A stretch of DNA of 64,000 nucleotides from Cetorhinus maximus. Lineage: Eukaryota. Positions 12,765-25,310 of the stretch are shown here, piece after piece. Positions within the stretch are counted from its first letter, which is position 1. Each line of letters begins with the position of its first letter. The notes beneath the pieces are model-generated. The model was not told the origin of the DNA, did not search any database, and saw only the letters and a list, made by a program, of their open reading frames with translations. The stretch spans positions 23,188,001 through 23,252,000 of the forward strand of contig NC_135898.1 in assembly GCF_964194155.1 (NCBI RefSeq), in the 5' to 3' direction. Both the position numbers and the translations under genes were made by a program.

Positions 12765-13765
12765 ACTCGAATGAGGGTGTCCACCTGCATGCCAGAGCTG
12801 ACGGCAAGCTGTTCAACTTGGCAAGACTGCACGCCAAGATCAAAGTTGATGACGCAGCACTGGTATCCCATACTGAAGTTCACTTGCAGCAGCTCATAGG
12901 TTGGTTCTCCTGGGCCTGCAAGGAGTTTGGACTGACAATCAGCATCAGGAAGACCAGAGTGAAAGGCCAGGCTGTATAGAGACTCTACCTTCCATCAACA
13001 TTGACAACCTCACTCTGGAGACTGTCTATAGATTCTCATACCTTGGATCAACAACTACCAGTAAGCTATTCCTTGATGCCAAAATCAGCACCAGGATTGC
13101 CAAGGCCACAAGCTGTCATGTCAAAGCTGAGAGGTCAAGTGAGGACCAACAACTAAACTATCCAAAAATACAGAGCCCCGTGTGTACACCTTGTGTTCTC
13201 AGCACCCTCCTTCACAGTAGTAAGACATGGACAACTTATGCAAGTCAAGAAAAACAGTTTCCACTTCTGCTGTCTTGGATGAATATTGGGCATTTCCTGG
13301 CAGGACATAGTGCCAAATATGAAAGTATTTGTGCGGGGATCCCCAGCATGTTTGCCCTCTTTGAATCAGCAGCAACTCCGAGGGCTGGGTCATGTGAGCC
13401 GAATGGATGACGGCCAAATCCCCAAAGACATGCTCTATGGCGAGCTTGCTGTTGGCACCAGACCGACTGGTTGCCCACATCTGCAAGACAAGGACGTCTG
13501 CAAGTGAGACTTCAAGTTGGCTGGGTTTGGAATCGATGCATGAGAAGTCCTCACTGCTGACCGGAGCGCCTGGAGACGAGCAGTCAGGAAGGGTGTGGAA
13601 AAAGCAGAGGACAAAAGAAATGAGCAGATGGTGGAAAAGAGAGCCTGCCAAAGGGAAAAAACATCAATCAACCTCGGGCCAACGCTATTCATCTGTGCCA
13701 GCTGTGGAAGGGACTGCTGCTGACGAATTGGCCTTTGCAGCCACGACAGATGATGAGGAAAGAGG
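12765..13765 (+). mobile_element. RTE-clade LINE RT C-terminal/3' fragment
   Basis: RADGKLFNLARL, FSYLGST, LGHVSRMDDGQIPKDMLYGEL. Confidence 0.8.
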
Positions 13766-14499
13766 GGAGGAGAGAAACTGAGGAACCAAATGTAAAATGT
13801 TAAAGGACTGTCGATTGTTCAGAATGAAGAAGCTGAGGGGGAGGAAGCATGTTACAGTTGTGCAGTACCTGGAAGGAATATGCTGGAATCAGAAGCAGTG
13901 CAGCGAGTTTGAGATTGGCATTGAGAGTATTCACGGAGGAGGAGTTGTTTAACGTTTAGCCTGGGTATTTCAGTTCAAAGGTTGATAACAAGACTCTTGT
14001 TGGAGCACTTATGCAGTTGGAGTCATTAATCTGCCTTCAGCCTGCCAATAAATCTCATTTCTATTCACAAACTGGCCCATTGAAGCACAAGAGGTCCATT
14101 TGTTACTATGACAACAGCACAACGTGGGGGCAGGTAGCTTCCTGTTGCTGGTTAGTAAACAAAATCACCAGGCACTGTTCTTGCTGTTGAAGGACGTTCA
14201 GTGTCCTCGCCTTTCACACGGCTTCCGTCCAGTCTGCACTTTAGTATTTGGCTGCCTTTCCAGTTTTTTTTATTTCAAATGCATTTGTTTATTTAAAAGC
14301 AAGGATGCAGTCTGATAATGTGTGATCTGTAAAATGAGCAAAGAACACGAGGGTGTTACCTCTTCAAAGGTATCTGCACAGGATTTATGCTGTGGGAGCC
14401 AGAAAGGGGTGTCAGTGGCGTGTGTGACTGTAGGTCATTTCACCACTTTGTCCTGCTATTACCTTCAGACATACAGAGAGGGTCGAGTAGAACAGGCAA

Positions 14500-15070
14500 T
14501 ACGGCATCAGCCACCTGTTACCTCTAAGCTTGACCTCTAGCCTTTGTTATCTCTGGACTTGACTATTCCAGTGCGCTGCTGGCTGGCCTCTTACATTCAA
14601 CCCCCACATTGTGCCTCCGTAAACTTGAGGGCATCCAAAACTTTGTAGCCTGTGTGCCATTACTCTCACTAAGTCCTGTTCAGTTCTGTGCTTGCTGACC
14701 TACACGGACTACCATTGCGCAATGCCTTGATTTTAAAACGCTTATTCTTGTTTTCAAATCTCCCCACCCCCACCATGACCTCATCCCTCCCTATCTCTGT
14801 AATCTCCTCCGTTCCACAGAGATGTCAGCAGTCCAATTGTGGCCTCTTGAGCATTTCCAATTTTAATCGATGGCCGTGCCTTCAGCTGCCTGGGCCCTAA
14901 GCTCTGGAATTATTTTCCTGAACATGCTTCTCGATCTCATTTAAGACTGCTTAAAAGCTACCTCTCTGAACAAACTTTTGGCCATCTGACCTAATATCAA
15001 ATTTTATTTTATAAGGTGTCAGTAAAGCACATTTTATCATGCTAAAGGCCTTATATAAATGAGAATTATT
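14500..15070 (+). mobile_element. L2 LINE 3' fragment
   Basis: VTSKLD..., VLADLHGLP, GCCTTCAGCTGCCTGGGCCCTAAGCTCTGGAA, tail TATATAAATG. A related piece lies at 46497-46745 (-). Confidence 0.7.
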
Positions 15071-15889
15071 GTTATATGGAGTCAATGGAACTGAATATTG
15101 AGAAGTGAGTATTACAGTCAGCTGAACAAACCACCCATTTTCCATACCAAGTAAGATTAATTTCTACTGTATTTCTTTTAGAGGAGAGTAGGCTAAAAGG
15201 CGATTTGATTGAGATCTTATAAAATAATGAAAGGACTAGATTGTGTATAAGTAGAAAATTCATTTCAATTGGATAGGTTGTGGAAGACCCAGGGTCATGT
15301 ACGTAAATTGGGCATAGGAGGAAATAGTTTAGATGTTAGGAGCTTCTTTTCCGAGAGAAATGGGGACCCCATAAAACAAGTTGCTAGTTCATTCACCGTG
15401 TACCACTGAGAGGGAGAGAGAGCTGGTCAGGTTCCTGACTGGGCCAGAGTTGGGGCCATGCACGAGGTAGGTACCAAATAATACAAATTGTGATCATTGT
15501 GGTCTCCTGGGTTAGTTTTGAGGAATCGGGAAGGAACTTTCCATATCTATGCCCTTTAGTGCAGCATAAAGGGCAGGGATCAACTTGCCTCGCTACAGAG
15601 AGTCCAAGAAAGGTGCCATTTGAACACAGGTTGTTTAGCATCTCCATTGCTACCTCGACCACTTTCACTGGTATTGAGCAGGAAAATGCCGGGTTAGATC
15701 CCCTCTGCCTGCTGACTTGACTGATCTGGGCCAGAATAAGGCGCTGAAATTGGATTTCGTCTCCAGGGTGACAGAGGTTACAATCAGCTTAGGTCCACAA
15801 TTTCTACGCTACCTCCCCACTTAAAAAAGCACAAGGATTGTCAGAGTGGAGATGTTTGAGGTTGATACCATCCATCCATTAGTATTTTT

Positions 15890-16890
15890 TATTCTTTCAT
15901 GGGATGTGGGAATCGCTGGCAAAGTCAACACTTATTGCTTATCCCTAATTGCCTTTGAGAAGGTGGTGGTGAGCTGCCTTCTTGAACTGCTGTAGGTACA
16001 CCAACAGTGCTGTTAGGAAGAATGTTCCAGGATTTTGACCCAGCGTCAGTGAAGGAAGAGCGATATAGTTCCAAGTCAGGATAGCATGTGGATTGGAGGG
16101 GAACTTGCAAGTGGTAGTGTTCCCATGCTTCTGCTGCCCTTGTCCTTTTAGATGGTAGATGTCATGGGTTTGGAAGGTGCTGTCGAAGGAGCCTAGGTGA
16201 GTAGCTTCAGTGCATCTTGTATACAATGCACCCTGCTGCCAGTGTGTGCCAGTGGTGGAGTGAGTTTGGGTTTAGGGCGGTGAATGGGGTGCCAATCAAG
16301 CGGGCTGCTTGGCTCTAGCTTGTGTCAAGCTTCTTGAGTGTTGTGTGAGCTGCACTCATCTAGGCAAGTAGTATTCCAACTGACTGCTGACTTGTGCCTT
16401 GTAGATGGTGGACATGCTTTCTGGAGTCAGAAGGTGAGTTCCTTGCCGCAGAATTCCCAGCTTCTGACCTGCTCTTGTACACCACAGAATTTATAATCTT
16501 CTGGTCAATGGTAACCCCTCTCATTTAAGACTGAGATAAGGAGAAATATTTTCTGTGAGGGTTGTTAGTCTGTGGAATTCTCTTCCCCAGAGAGCAGTGG
16601 AGGCTGGGCCATTGAATATATTTAAGACTGAATTAGACAGATTTTTGATCGGCAAGGTTTAATCGAGGGTTATGGTGGACAGGCAGGAAAGTGGAGTTGA
16701 GGCGATCAGATCAGGCATGAGGAGGAGCCTCGAGGGACCAAATGACCTACTCCTGCTCCTAATTCTTGTGTGACCTCTAGGATGTTGATCGTGGGGGGTG
16801 CAGCCATGGTAATGCCATTGAATGTCAAGGGGCAATGGCTCGATTATTTCTTGTTGGATATGGTTGTTGCCTGACATTTGTGTGGCGGGA
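15890..16890 (-). mobile_element. Second CR1/L2-group LINE family 3' part, with a nested CR1 tail (16520-16775, +)
   Basis: Reverse complement of the 51830-52720 type sequence (HAILTWNYIA...SWN.LPNSTVG). Confidence 0.78.
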
Positions 16891-17129
16891 ATGTTACTTG
16901 CCACTATCAGCACAATCTGCTGATATTCAGTGTCTAGATGCCAACATAAAGAGTAGCCTCTTGAGCCATATACAGAAGATCTGCTGCCTGTGGAACTGTA
17001 CCTTGAAAGGAATCAGTGCCTGTATAGGGAGGAAGAAACAAAGACAGGAGCCTAAAAGTAATGACTGTGTATGTTCTTTGTGTGCAAAGTCACTTCCTTG
17101 CAAGCGATTTCCTTAAAAGCTGTCCTCAG

Positions 17130-17368
17130 GTGGCATCTTCTTTATTCACGAGAGCGCCCTGTTCCAACATGCCGCTGCTGTCTGCGAGTGGATTTTTACC
17201 GTCGACATTCTGGTTTTTTATGGGACGTTCTCCTTTGACTTTGCCTCCATCACCAACGAGACCGTGCTGGCCATTATGAGGAGAGGGAAGAGCAAGGCTT
17301 TGAAATCGCCAGGGAGTAGCACATCCGCACACCTGAACAGTAACCCAGAGAGCATCGCCATGATTTAA
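17130..17368 (+). CDS. TMEM150A: TMEM150A last coding exon ((S)GIFFIHESALFQHAAAVCEWIFTVDILVFYGTFSFDF...HLNSNPESIAMI*)
   Basis: Acceptor cctCAG at 17127-17129, phase compatible with the exon at 1063-1240. The C-terminus ESIAMI* matches the recalled human TMEM150A C-terminus. Confidence 0.93.
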
Positions 17369-17486
17369 CTGGAGCTGCTGCGAAATGGAGTAGTCCCCTC
17401 AGTTACACAGGAGGTCTGAATTAATTTGGATTACTGGCTTGTGTCTGTGCCATTCTCCCTCTTTTTTTAAAAATGACTCTCCACCT

Positions 17487-17781
17487 TGGTAGTACACAAC
17501 TTGAATATTGCTGTAAAGAGAGACATGTTGCCGAAGCTTTTCATCTTGCACTCATCAGGACAAATGCCAGGAAGCCAAATGTTATAATATAACAGGGAGC
17601 CAACAGTTCCTCATTGCTTTCTCCATTCCAATACCTCAGCCAATCAGTCCACCTGCCAATTAATCACCCTTTTCTCCTGTGGTATAAATTGTTGTGATCA
17701 TTTGAAATTTGGCATTCTTGCATTTGTCCTGATGAGTGCAAAGAGAAAAACTTCAGCAACATGTCTCTTCAGCAATGTTCA
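17487..17781. mobile_element. PLE family B fold-back mini-element just 3' of the TMEM150A stop codon
   Basis: Inverted arms ~17503-17582 / ~17703-17781; TSD GACTCTCCACCT at 17475-17486 and 17782-17793. Confidence 0.82.
17526..17562 (-). ncRNA. Minimal hammerhead ribozyme motif (PLE-type)
   Basis: Minus strand UUGUC-CUGAUGA-GUgcaagAU-GAAA-AGCU-UC-GGCAA: intact core, stem I UUGUC/GGCAA, palindromic AAGCUU stem III as in dimeric PLE HHRs. Confidence 0.65.
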
Positions 17782-18651
17782 GACTCTCCACCTGTTCCAC
17801 GGACCAGAAACAGGGCATTGCAACCCTGTTACTAGGCTCCGTACGAAGAAAACAAAAAAAAAACCCTAATCTTCCTCAGAAGCAAATGCAGCAGACAAAA
17901 AGTGCCAGAGTGGGGTGCCTGAGCCACACCAGGCGATGCTTAACAGAGTTGACCACCAGGGTGCAAGCCTTGTTTCACCAGACGGAAGGCTGTTCTTTAC
18001 TGCGGTAAATCTTGGTGTGAGTTTGAGATTTAATTTACCAAAACAAGAGTGGGCGAGTGGCACGGTCCCTTTAAATCAATAGGCGCTACTTCCCAGAGGG
18101 CTGATCATCCATAAATATAAACTGAACGGGTCATGAGCATTTTTCAGCCTTGGATTTATGCACAGGGCTGGAGAAAGAAGATAGATAGCACTGCCAGCCT
18201 CTCGATATACAACACATTCAACTGTGCAATTTCTCCCCTATTCACTTATTTTTGTCAAGTGATACTTTAGTGGGTTAAATTTAAAAGAAGTGGGTTTGGA
18301 TTATACGGTTTTCAAATTCACATGGGAGATTTTAGTTTTTGTAGGCTCAGTTTGTGACTTTTCTTTTGCATCTAGGAATGAAAAGAGAGAGTCCTCTGCT
18401 GTGAGCCCTAGTCTGCTCGCCTCTGCAAAAAAGAAGGGGGCTACTTGTGGTGGAGAGGGGAATAAGCCAAGAGCATTTCTTTTAACCCAAGCGATCAGGT
18501 CGTTCCTGTCAGGTTTTGGATTGTTGAAATTACTAGGTGTTTCCCTCCCCTTGAAGCCAGATGATTGGTCTTATAAGGGAACAGGAGATTATCCCAGTGT
18601 GTTTGCTGATCACTGCCATATTTGCAGAGGCCACGGTAGACTTCTGTAGCT

Positions 18652-18863
18652 CGGTAGTACACAACTAGAGTATTGCTGGAGAAAGAGACATGTCTAAGCT
18701 TTTTGTCTAGCGCTCATCAGGACACTCGCAAGAATACCAATATAAGGAGGAAAACAACAATTTATACTGTATGTGAAGAGAGTGCTGATTGGTTGGCAAG
18801 TGAAGTTGCCATGGAACTATGTTGTTGCTTAGACATGTCTCTTTTTGCAGTAATACTCAAAAC
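18652..18863. mobile_element. PLE family B fold-back mini-element
   Basis: Inverted arms ~18668-18700 / ~18827-18858; TSD CTGTAGCT at 18644-18651 and 18864-18871. Confidence 0.75.
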
Positions 18864-21429
18864 CTGTAGCTAGCATTTCAAACACCATTAATAAGCTAGG
18901 AGAAACACTACATGCTTGAACACAGGGAGAACCAGTGACGATTTCTGATCTCTTGCCCACCTTGAGGTGCAAGGATATATCCCAAGTACTTTCACAACAG
19001 TGAAGCCAAAAGAGTCAGTGAGCATACCACTCTGACGTAAGGGGCAACCTATTTACTACAGGGGCAAATGCCAGGATGGTGATTTGTGCAGTGGGTTGGA
19101 ATACTGTCCCCTCTGTCTCATGGAAAGGACAAAAAAGGTAGCACAGAGTGAGCAACATTGGCTCAGTAATCTGATCCAATGAAATCACTGATGAGGCAAA
19201 TTGGGTGGACTGGAAAAGGGGATGGTGTTGATTTACTGTCACCTGTTTTATACTGCAGTCTAAGAAACATTACCCTCACGGTCTCTTTGCCGAGAGTCCT
19301 AATCAGCCTTCCAGCGTTTAAATCCATCCAAAAAGGACTGGTAGGCATGCCCTCTCTGACAGGACTGGTTTCAGAGAAATCATGGAATGGTTACGGCCCA
19401 GGAAGAGGCCATTCAGCCTGTCGAGCCCATGCCAGCTGTTATGGTGGGTAAATTGGGTGAGGATCCTGTAGGAAAATAGAAGGCCATTTAGCCCTTCTGA
19501 ACCTGTTCCATCATTCAATCAGATCATGGCTGATCTGCAACCTAACTCCATATACCCACCTTCACCTCATGTCCCTTAATACCTAGCATTTGCAAAAATT
19601 TATCAATCTCAGGTTTAAAATTTACAATTGACTGAACATCAATTGTTGTTTGCAGAAGAGAGTTCCAAACTTCTACCACCCTTTGTGTGTAGAAGTGTTT
19701 CCTAATTTCACTCCTAAAAAGTCTGGCTCTATTTTTTTTAGACTTTGGTCCTAGACTCCCAAAGCAGCAGGAATAGTTTTCCTATCCCTCTCCTCGAATC
19801 CAGGAATAGGTGTCTTTATGTATTAAACACTGGTCTAATATGTCATGCTGATGGGTTTGAACCCTGCTAAGAATGAAGGCCGACAGGAGCCTGGATGATG
19901 TGTTATAGCATCTTCTGTCTGCCTGCTGGCTGATCAGGGTCCTCAATGAATCAGTTCGCTGGCCTGAATTCTGTTGCTGGGGAAAGGCTCCAAATGCAGA
20001 AAAACGCCCTCATCATAACGCTAATTGAGAAATTTTCTCACAAAAGACCTTTAGAAGCTCTCAGTTAGGACCCTGGTTCCAAGTGATGTCACAGAGAACT
20101 GGAGCAGAGCTGGAGTATAATCCTGGAGGAATAAATATCACCAAAGTGTGGGGCAAAAAGGGAAGAGAACAGCTCCTAGCACTGTCATGTCTGCCCTTGA
20201 GAAGTACAGTTAAAAAAATGAACATGTAGGTCTCAGACAGAAAGAAAGACTTACATTTATATAGCACTTTTCATGATCACCAGACATCTCGAATTGCTTT
20301 AAAGCCAAATGAAGACAGAGTATAAAATGAGCCCACACTGCTCACCAACATTCAGATCTGTTTGTAATGGTTTATGTGTCAAATGAAATATTATGGCTGT
20401 TCAGATTTCTCAGTTATTTGCACACACCAGAACCAGGATTTGCAGTCATTTAACTAGGCTTCCCTAAGAAGAAAACAAAAAATCCTAGATCTTGAGCATA
20501 TTGTTGGTTGCTTAGCGTGAAATGTGGCCTAAATGACTCGTTACCAAAGGATGCTGTGCCACAGTTTGCTCCATAGAAGGCAGCAGAAAGATTAGTGCAT
20601 GGATTGTATCTACTGTAGGAAAATTGGTCTGCCTTGCTTACTTGCCACTTTGAGGTGACCATGGTATAGCCATTGTACATCTAACCAGATGCAGACACCT
20701 CACCCTTTCAATGGACCAGCTCCTGAAGGGTACAGATTGTCTGAAGCTACCTTGTACTATATAGCTCAATGTTATGAAAAGCTGGGGCTCACAAACAAGA
20801 TTGAGTAGCAACAATGGTGTCTGTGGAGACGGAGTTTGCCAAATTGAGGTTAGACCCTGGGACAGGTGGTATATCATTCATCCAACATCAATTCACATTT
20901 GCCCACATCCCTGCATTATTGCCAAAAATGCCAGTGACAGAAATTTATGAACTGTTTGCTCTGCTAAAGGAGGTCAAATTCCTTAACGAGGTGTTGCTTT
21001 TTCTGTTGCTGCAACAAGGAACACAGTGTGACCTCTACCACTGAGTGCAGTCATTAATCACTCATGGGGTACTGTACAACAAAGCATTCCAGCAAGGTAT
21101 CTACATTTGTAGGATTAATTTTTCATGAACCAAATGCTCCCTATACCCTCAAAATATTATCTAGCTGTGCAGTGCCCTTTAGCAATTGGTGTCTTTTAAG
21201 ATAATTTGCCTTCCTCCCCCACTCTGGGTTGTGGTTCCTCTATAAGCTCAGCCAAATGCTATTCACTTGGGAGCCAACAGTGAGTAGTAGTGGTCTATTA
21301 CAATTCACTCAGGGAGTTGCTGTGGCAACAGGCACTTTTACGTGCATGTTGTAGTCTGGAGCTATGGATAGTGATGGTGGAAACTCCAACGTTCTTCCCA
21401 TCACATGGTTGACCAGGAATCTCTCCCAC

Positions 21430-21600
21430 TCTTAGCACCTGCTATTGACGCCACTTGGAAGGATTTCCAGTTTGATACTTGACCTGTTGGGCCATGATAT
21501 GAACGCACCTTCCTTGGCCACAAAGTCCGAGGTTGGGACTCGAACATGGAGCTTCTGGCTCAGAGGCAGGGACGTTACCCACTGCACAACAAAACCACCC
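21430..21600 (-). mobile_element. Short tRNA-derived SINE
   Basis: A-box-like TGTGCAGTGGGTAAC and B-box GTTCGAGTCC, followed by non-tRNA sequence. Confidence 0.5.
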
Positions 21601-23899
21601 CCCCCACCCTGCAACAGTGAGTATAGAGAGGCTATTAAGCTGTGGAGGGGGCGGCACAGTTGAGCTCAATCTATATATATTGCCTGTCAACAGCAGGCAA
21701 CCTAACTGATTTCCACACTCCTAGCCCCACATGCCAAACCTAAAGAGGCCAAATGAGGTACTTCCCCTTCCGCCCTTCACATTGCTATCATCACCGAACT
21801 CAAAACTGCCCTGGCCTCTCCGGCCGATAGGGTTTTCTTTACTTACAGTGAAGGAGGTTGTGGCTAACAAATTGCGGCAGAATTAGCAGTGAAACGATGG
21901 GGCCTCTTACAGTCTTACACTAAGTGTAAAATTTGAGTGGTTGACTTAAAACCAAGTTGGACTCCACTAGCGAAGTTGCAGGCTCCGCTTAGGAACCACT
22001 GGGCAGCAACAGAAATTTTAGCAGAAGTTAACAGAGCTGGATGAAGCCAGGGTTTTTAAACGCTGTGAAAAATAATTTGCTCACTCGAAATTACAAAGAA
22101 TGCTGTTACCTTGATGGGTTTACATTGGGGAAAATGCCTGGAGTCTTTCAGCTGCTCAAGGAATGTTAAACAGAAGGGAAACTACATGTACAACCACGGT
22201 GGCACAATTGGAAGTTTTTCTGGCTGCCTCAGGGCATTCTGTGCTCCCAGCCACAGCTACTTTTTTAAGAAACAAACCTTCACTATTAGAACAAGGCTGA
22301 GAACAACATGTACTTTGGCTTCTTATGTTTTTAATTAATTTATTTTAAAAAGGGAAATACTTGTCGACTGTGAGATTTTTAACAAATATTTTTAAATTCT
22401 TCTGTCTGACATTGTGCGTAAAAGAGGCCTTGTATTTTGACCAGATTTTACAGAAAACAAAACGTTCAATACTATTGCAGAATTTGTCCTCACAGCCTTG
22501 CAATGAACCACAACTTTAAATCATGTATCAGGATTTTAATTTTTTTTAAATAAACATTTTTAAATGTTATAAGTTCCTTTCTTTGTTGTCCACTCTTCAC
22601 ATGAATTCGTCGCACCTACATCACATTCAGGGAACGTGGGGCACAGTCCAACTAGCACCATCCCTTTGGGCAACTATGGTCAGTATTTCACTAAATGTAC
22701 CTCTTTCATCCCTCTGTCAGATTTGCCTGTTCCGATAGTCCCGCACTACAGCTGACCCCACCGCCCGCCCGCAAAGAGGAGGAACTAAATCATACAGAAA
22801 TAATAGAGTCCATGGTCAGAGAAATCTACCAATTTAAAAAAAAAGTTGAGCTAATCAAATATTTCCTGGAAAACCTTTTGGCTGCCTTCTTAGTACTTGC
22901 TGCATAATTCACCCACAGAGTAACAATTTCTGTCTGACAATGTTTTCTGTTCAAGGGGCCATTCATGAGTTCATGCAGGTTTCCTTTGGGTGGAGGGGAC
23001 TAAATCCTGAAGCTTCCCCTCCAACTAGACACCTGTGCATGGAAGTTTGAGAAATGATTTTGAGTGGCAGCTAGCTTGGGAGAGGCCGTGACTAGAGATG
23101 AAAGAACCCAGAGTGGCAGCCGACCACGACTAAAGGAATGGCATCAGAATTAGTGCAGAGAGGAAGGAGTGGCAGAAACCAAGGGAACCAAGTTCATGAT
23201 CTAAGGTAAGTATTGAGATAGGAATCTAAGATTAGGAACTAGAATAATTAAACCTGGATTATAAAGTTTGAGGTTTTAAGTTTTAACCTTTTCTTCCGAA
23301 GTCTAAAGTTTTACTTCTGATAGGTTTAGATAGTAGCCTAATAAATAGAGATATGGCAGGGCACCTCGGTCCCATTGAATGCATAGCCTGTTCCATGTGG
23401 GAACTTCAGGATGCTTTTCATATCCTGGGCAACCAAATATGCAGGAAGTTCTGGGTGAATTGAGGCCTGTCCAGGCCAGATGGTTGCACCTCAACAGAGC
23501 TGGGACCAGTGTCCTTGAGGGAGATGCACTAGTGCTATGAGAAGGGTTTAAACTAATGTGGCAGGGGTTTGGGCACTGGGACATAGTATTGGAAGAAGGA
23601 AACTCTTTCGAGTTATCAACAGTCACAGATTGCAACTCTTTTCGAGTACAATCACAGTTCTTGGTTTCCCAGAGTGGGACATGAACCCACAACTCTCTGA
23701 TTCAAAGGCGAGGGTGCTATGAACTGAGCCACAGCTGACACCTCAAAGGTGCACAAGCATTTGAGAGAGATGGATAGCACTATGGTAATAAGTAGTAAGG
23801 TATTGGGTAGGATCAGATTAGGAGAGAATACAAGAGAGTCTCAGGTAAGTTTGCAGTGCATCTGTGTAAATGCACAAAGCACAGTAAAAAATGTTGGTG

Positions 23900-25310
23900 A
23901 GCTGTAGGTGCCAAGAGCCATGTAGGAATATGGGAAACAGAAATAACAGAGGGCTTCTCAAATGTCAGGTTGTTGATACAAGTGAGAACCAGGCTGAACA
24001 TAGTTCAGAGGGGAACAAAAAGAGAAATGAGTAGAAAGAGGTAACAAAAAAGGGAATCCAAATTTTCCATAGCCATATAAATAGTGGATGGAAAGCAAGA
24101 GGTCTATTAGGAACCAAAAAGGAGACCTGAGGAGGCTGAGGCAATGTCTGAGGGACTAAATGAGTGCATCTCTCTTAGCCAAGGAAGAAGATGCTGCCAA
24201 AGTCACAGTGAAAGAGAAGGTTGTTGAGAGACTGGATGGGCTATAAATTGATAAAGTGGAGGTACTGGAAGGACTGGCTGTACTTAAAAGTTGATAAAGC
24301 ACCAGATGGAATGCATCCTAGGTTGCTGAGGAAAGCAAGGGTGGAAATTGTGGAGGCACTGGTCATCATCTTCCCATTCTCCTTAGATTCAAGGGCGCCA
24401 GAGGACTGGAGAATGGCATATGTTACACCATTGTTCAAAATAAGATGTAAGGACAAACCCAGCATCTACAGACCAGTCAGTTTAACCTTTGTGGTGGGGA
24501 AACTTTTAGAAACTATAATCTGAGGTGTAGAGGGCACAACTTCAAACTTTGCAGATGACACAGAACTTGAAAAATGTAGTGAACTGCGAGGAGGATAGTG
24601 ATAGACTTCAAGAGGACATAGACAGCTTGGTGGAATGGACAGACGTGTGGCAGATGAAATGTAATGCAGAATTTGGCAGGAAGAAATGAAGAGGAGAGGT
24701 AATATAAACTAAAAGGAACAAATCTACAAGGGATGCCGGAACAATGGTTGAGAAAGCACTCAGGATCCTGGGAATTATAAATAGAGGCAGAGAGTACAAA
24801 AGCAAGGAAGCAATGATTAACATTCATAAAACACTGGTTCAGCCACAACTAGAGTATTGTGTCCAGTTCTGGACACCACGCTTTAGGAAGGCCTTAGAGA
24901 GGGTGCAGAAAAGATTTACTAGAAAGGATGGAGGCCTTTAGCTATGTGGATAAATTGGAGAAGCTGGGCTTGTTCTCCTTTGAGCAGAGAAAGTTGAGAG
25001 GAGATTTGATAGAGGTGTTCAAAATCATGAGGAGTCTAGACAGAGTATATAGGGAGAAATTGTTCCCATTGGTGGAAGGGTTGAGAACCACAGGACACGT
25101 ATTTAAGATAAAAGAACCAAAGGCGACATGAGAAAAGGCTTATTTTTTTTCAGTGAGTGGTCATCATCTTGAATGGACTGCTTGAAAGGGAGGCAGATTC
25201 AATCACAGCTTTCTACAAGGAATTAGATTACTATTTGAAAAGAGAAAATTGGCAGAGCTGTGGGGAAAAGGCTCTTGCAGAGAACCGGCATGGGTTCATT
25301 TTGTGCTGCA
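23900..25310 (+). mobile_element. CR1 ORF2 fragments with internal deletions
   Basis: PDGMHPRLL, YRPVSLT, FADD, QLEYCVQFW, LGLFSFEQRKLRGDLIEV. Confidence 0.85.

Larger units (their letters stand above)
1241..17129 (+). other. TMEM150A: U12-type (minor spliceosome) GT-AG intron, 15,889 bp
   Basis: 5' splice site GTATCCTT. Branch-like TTTCCTTAA at 17108-17116, ~14 nt before the AG, with no real polypyrimidine tract. Confidence 0.88.
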
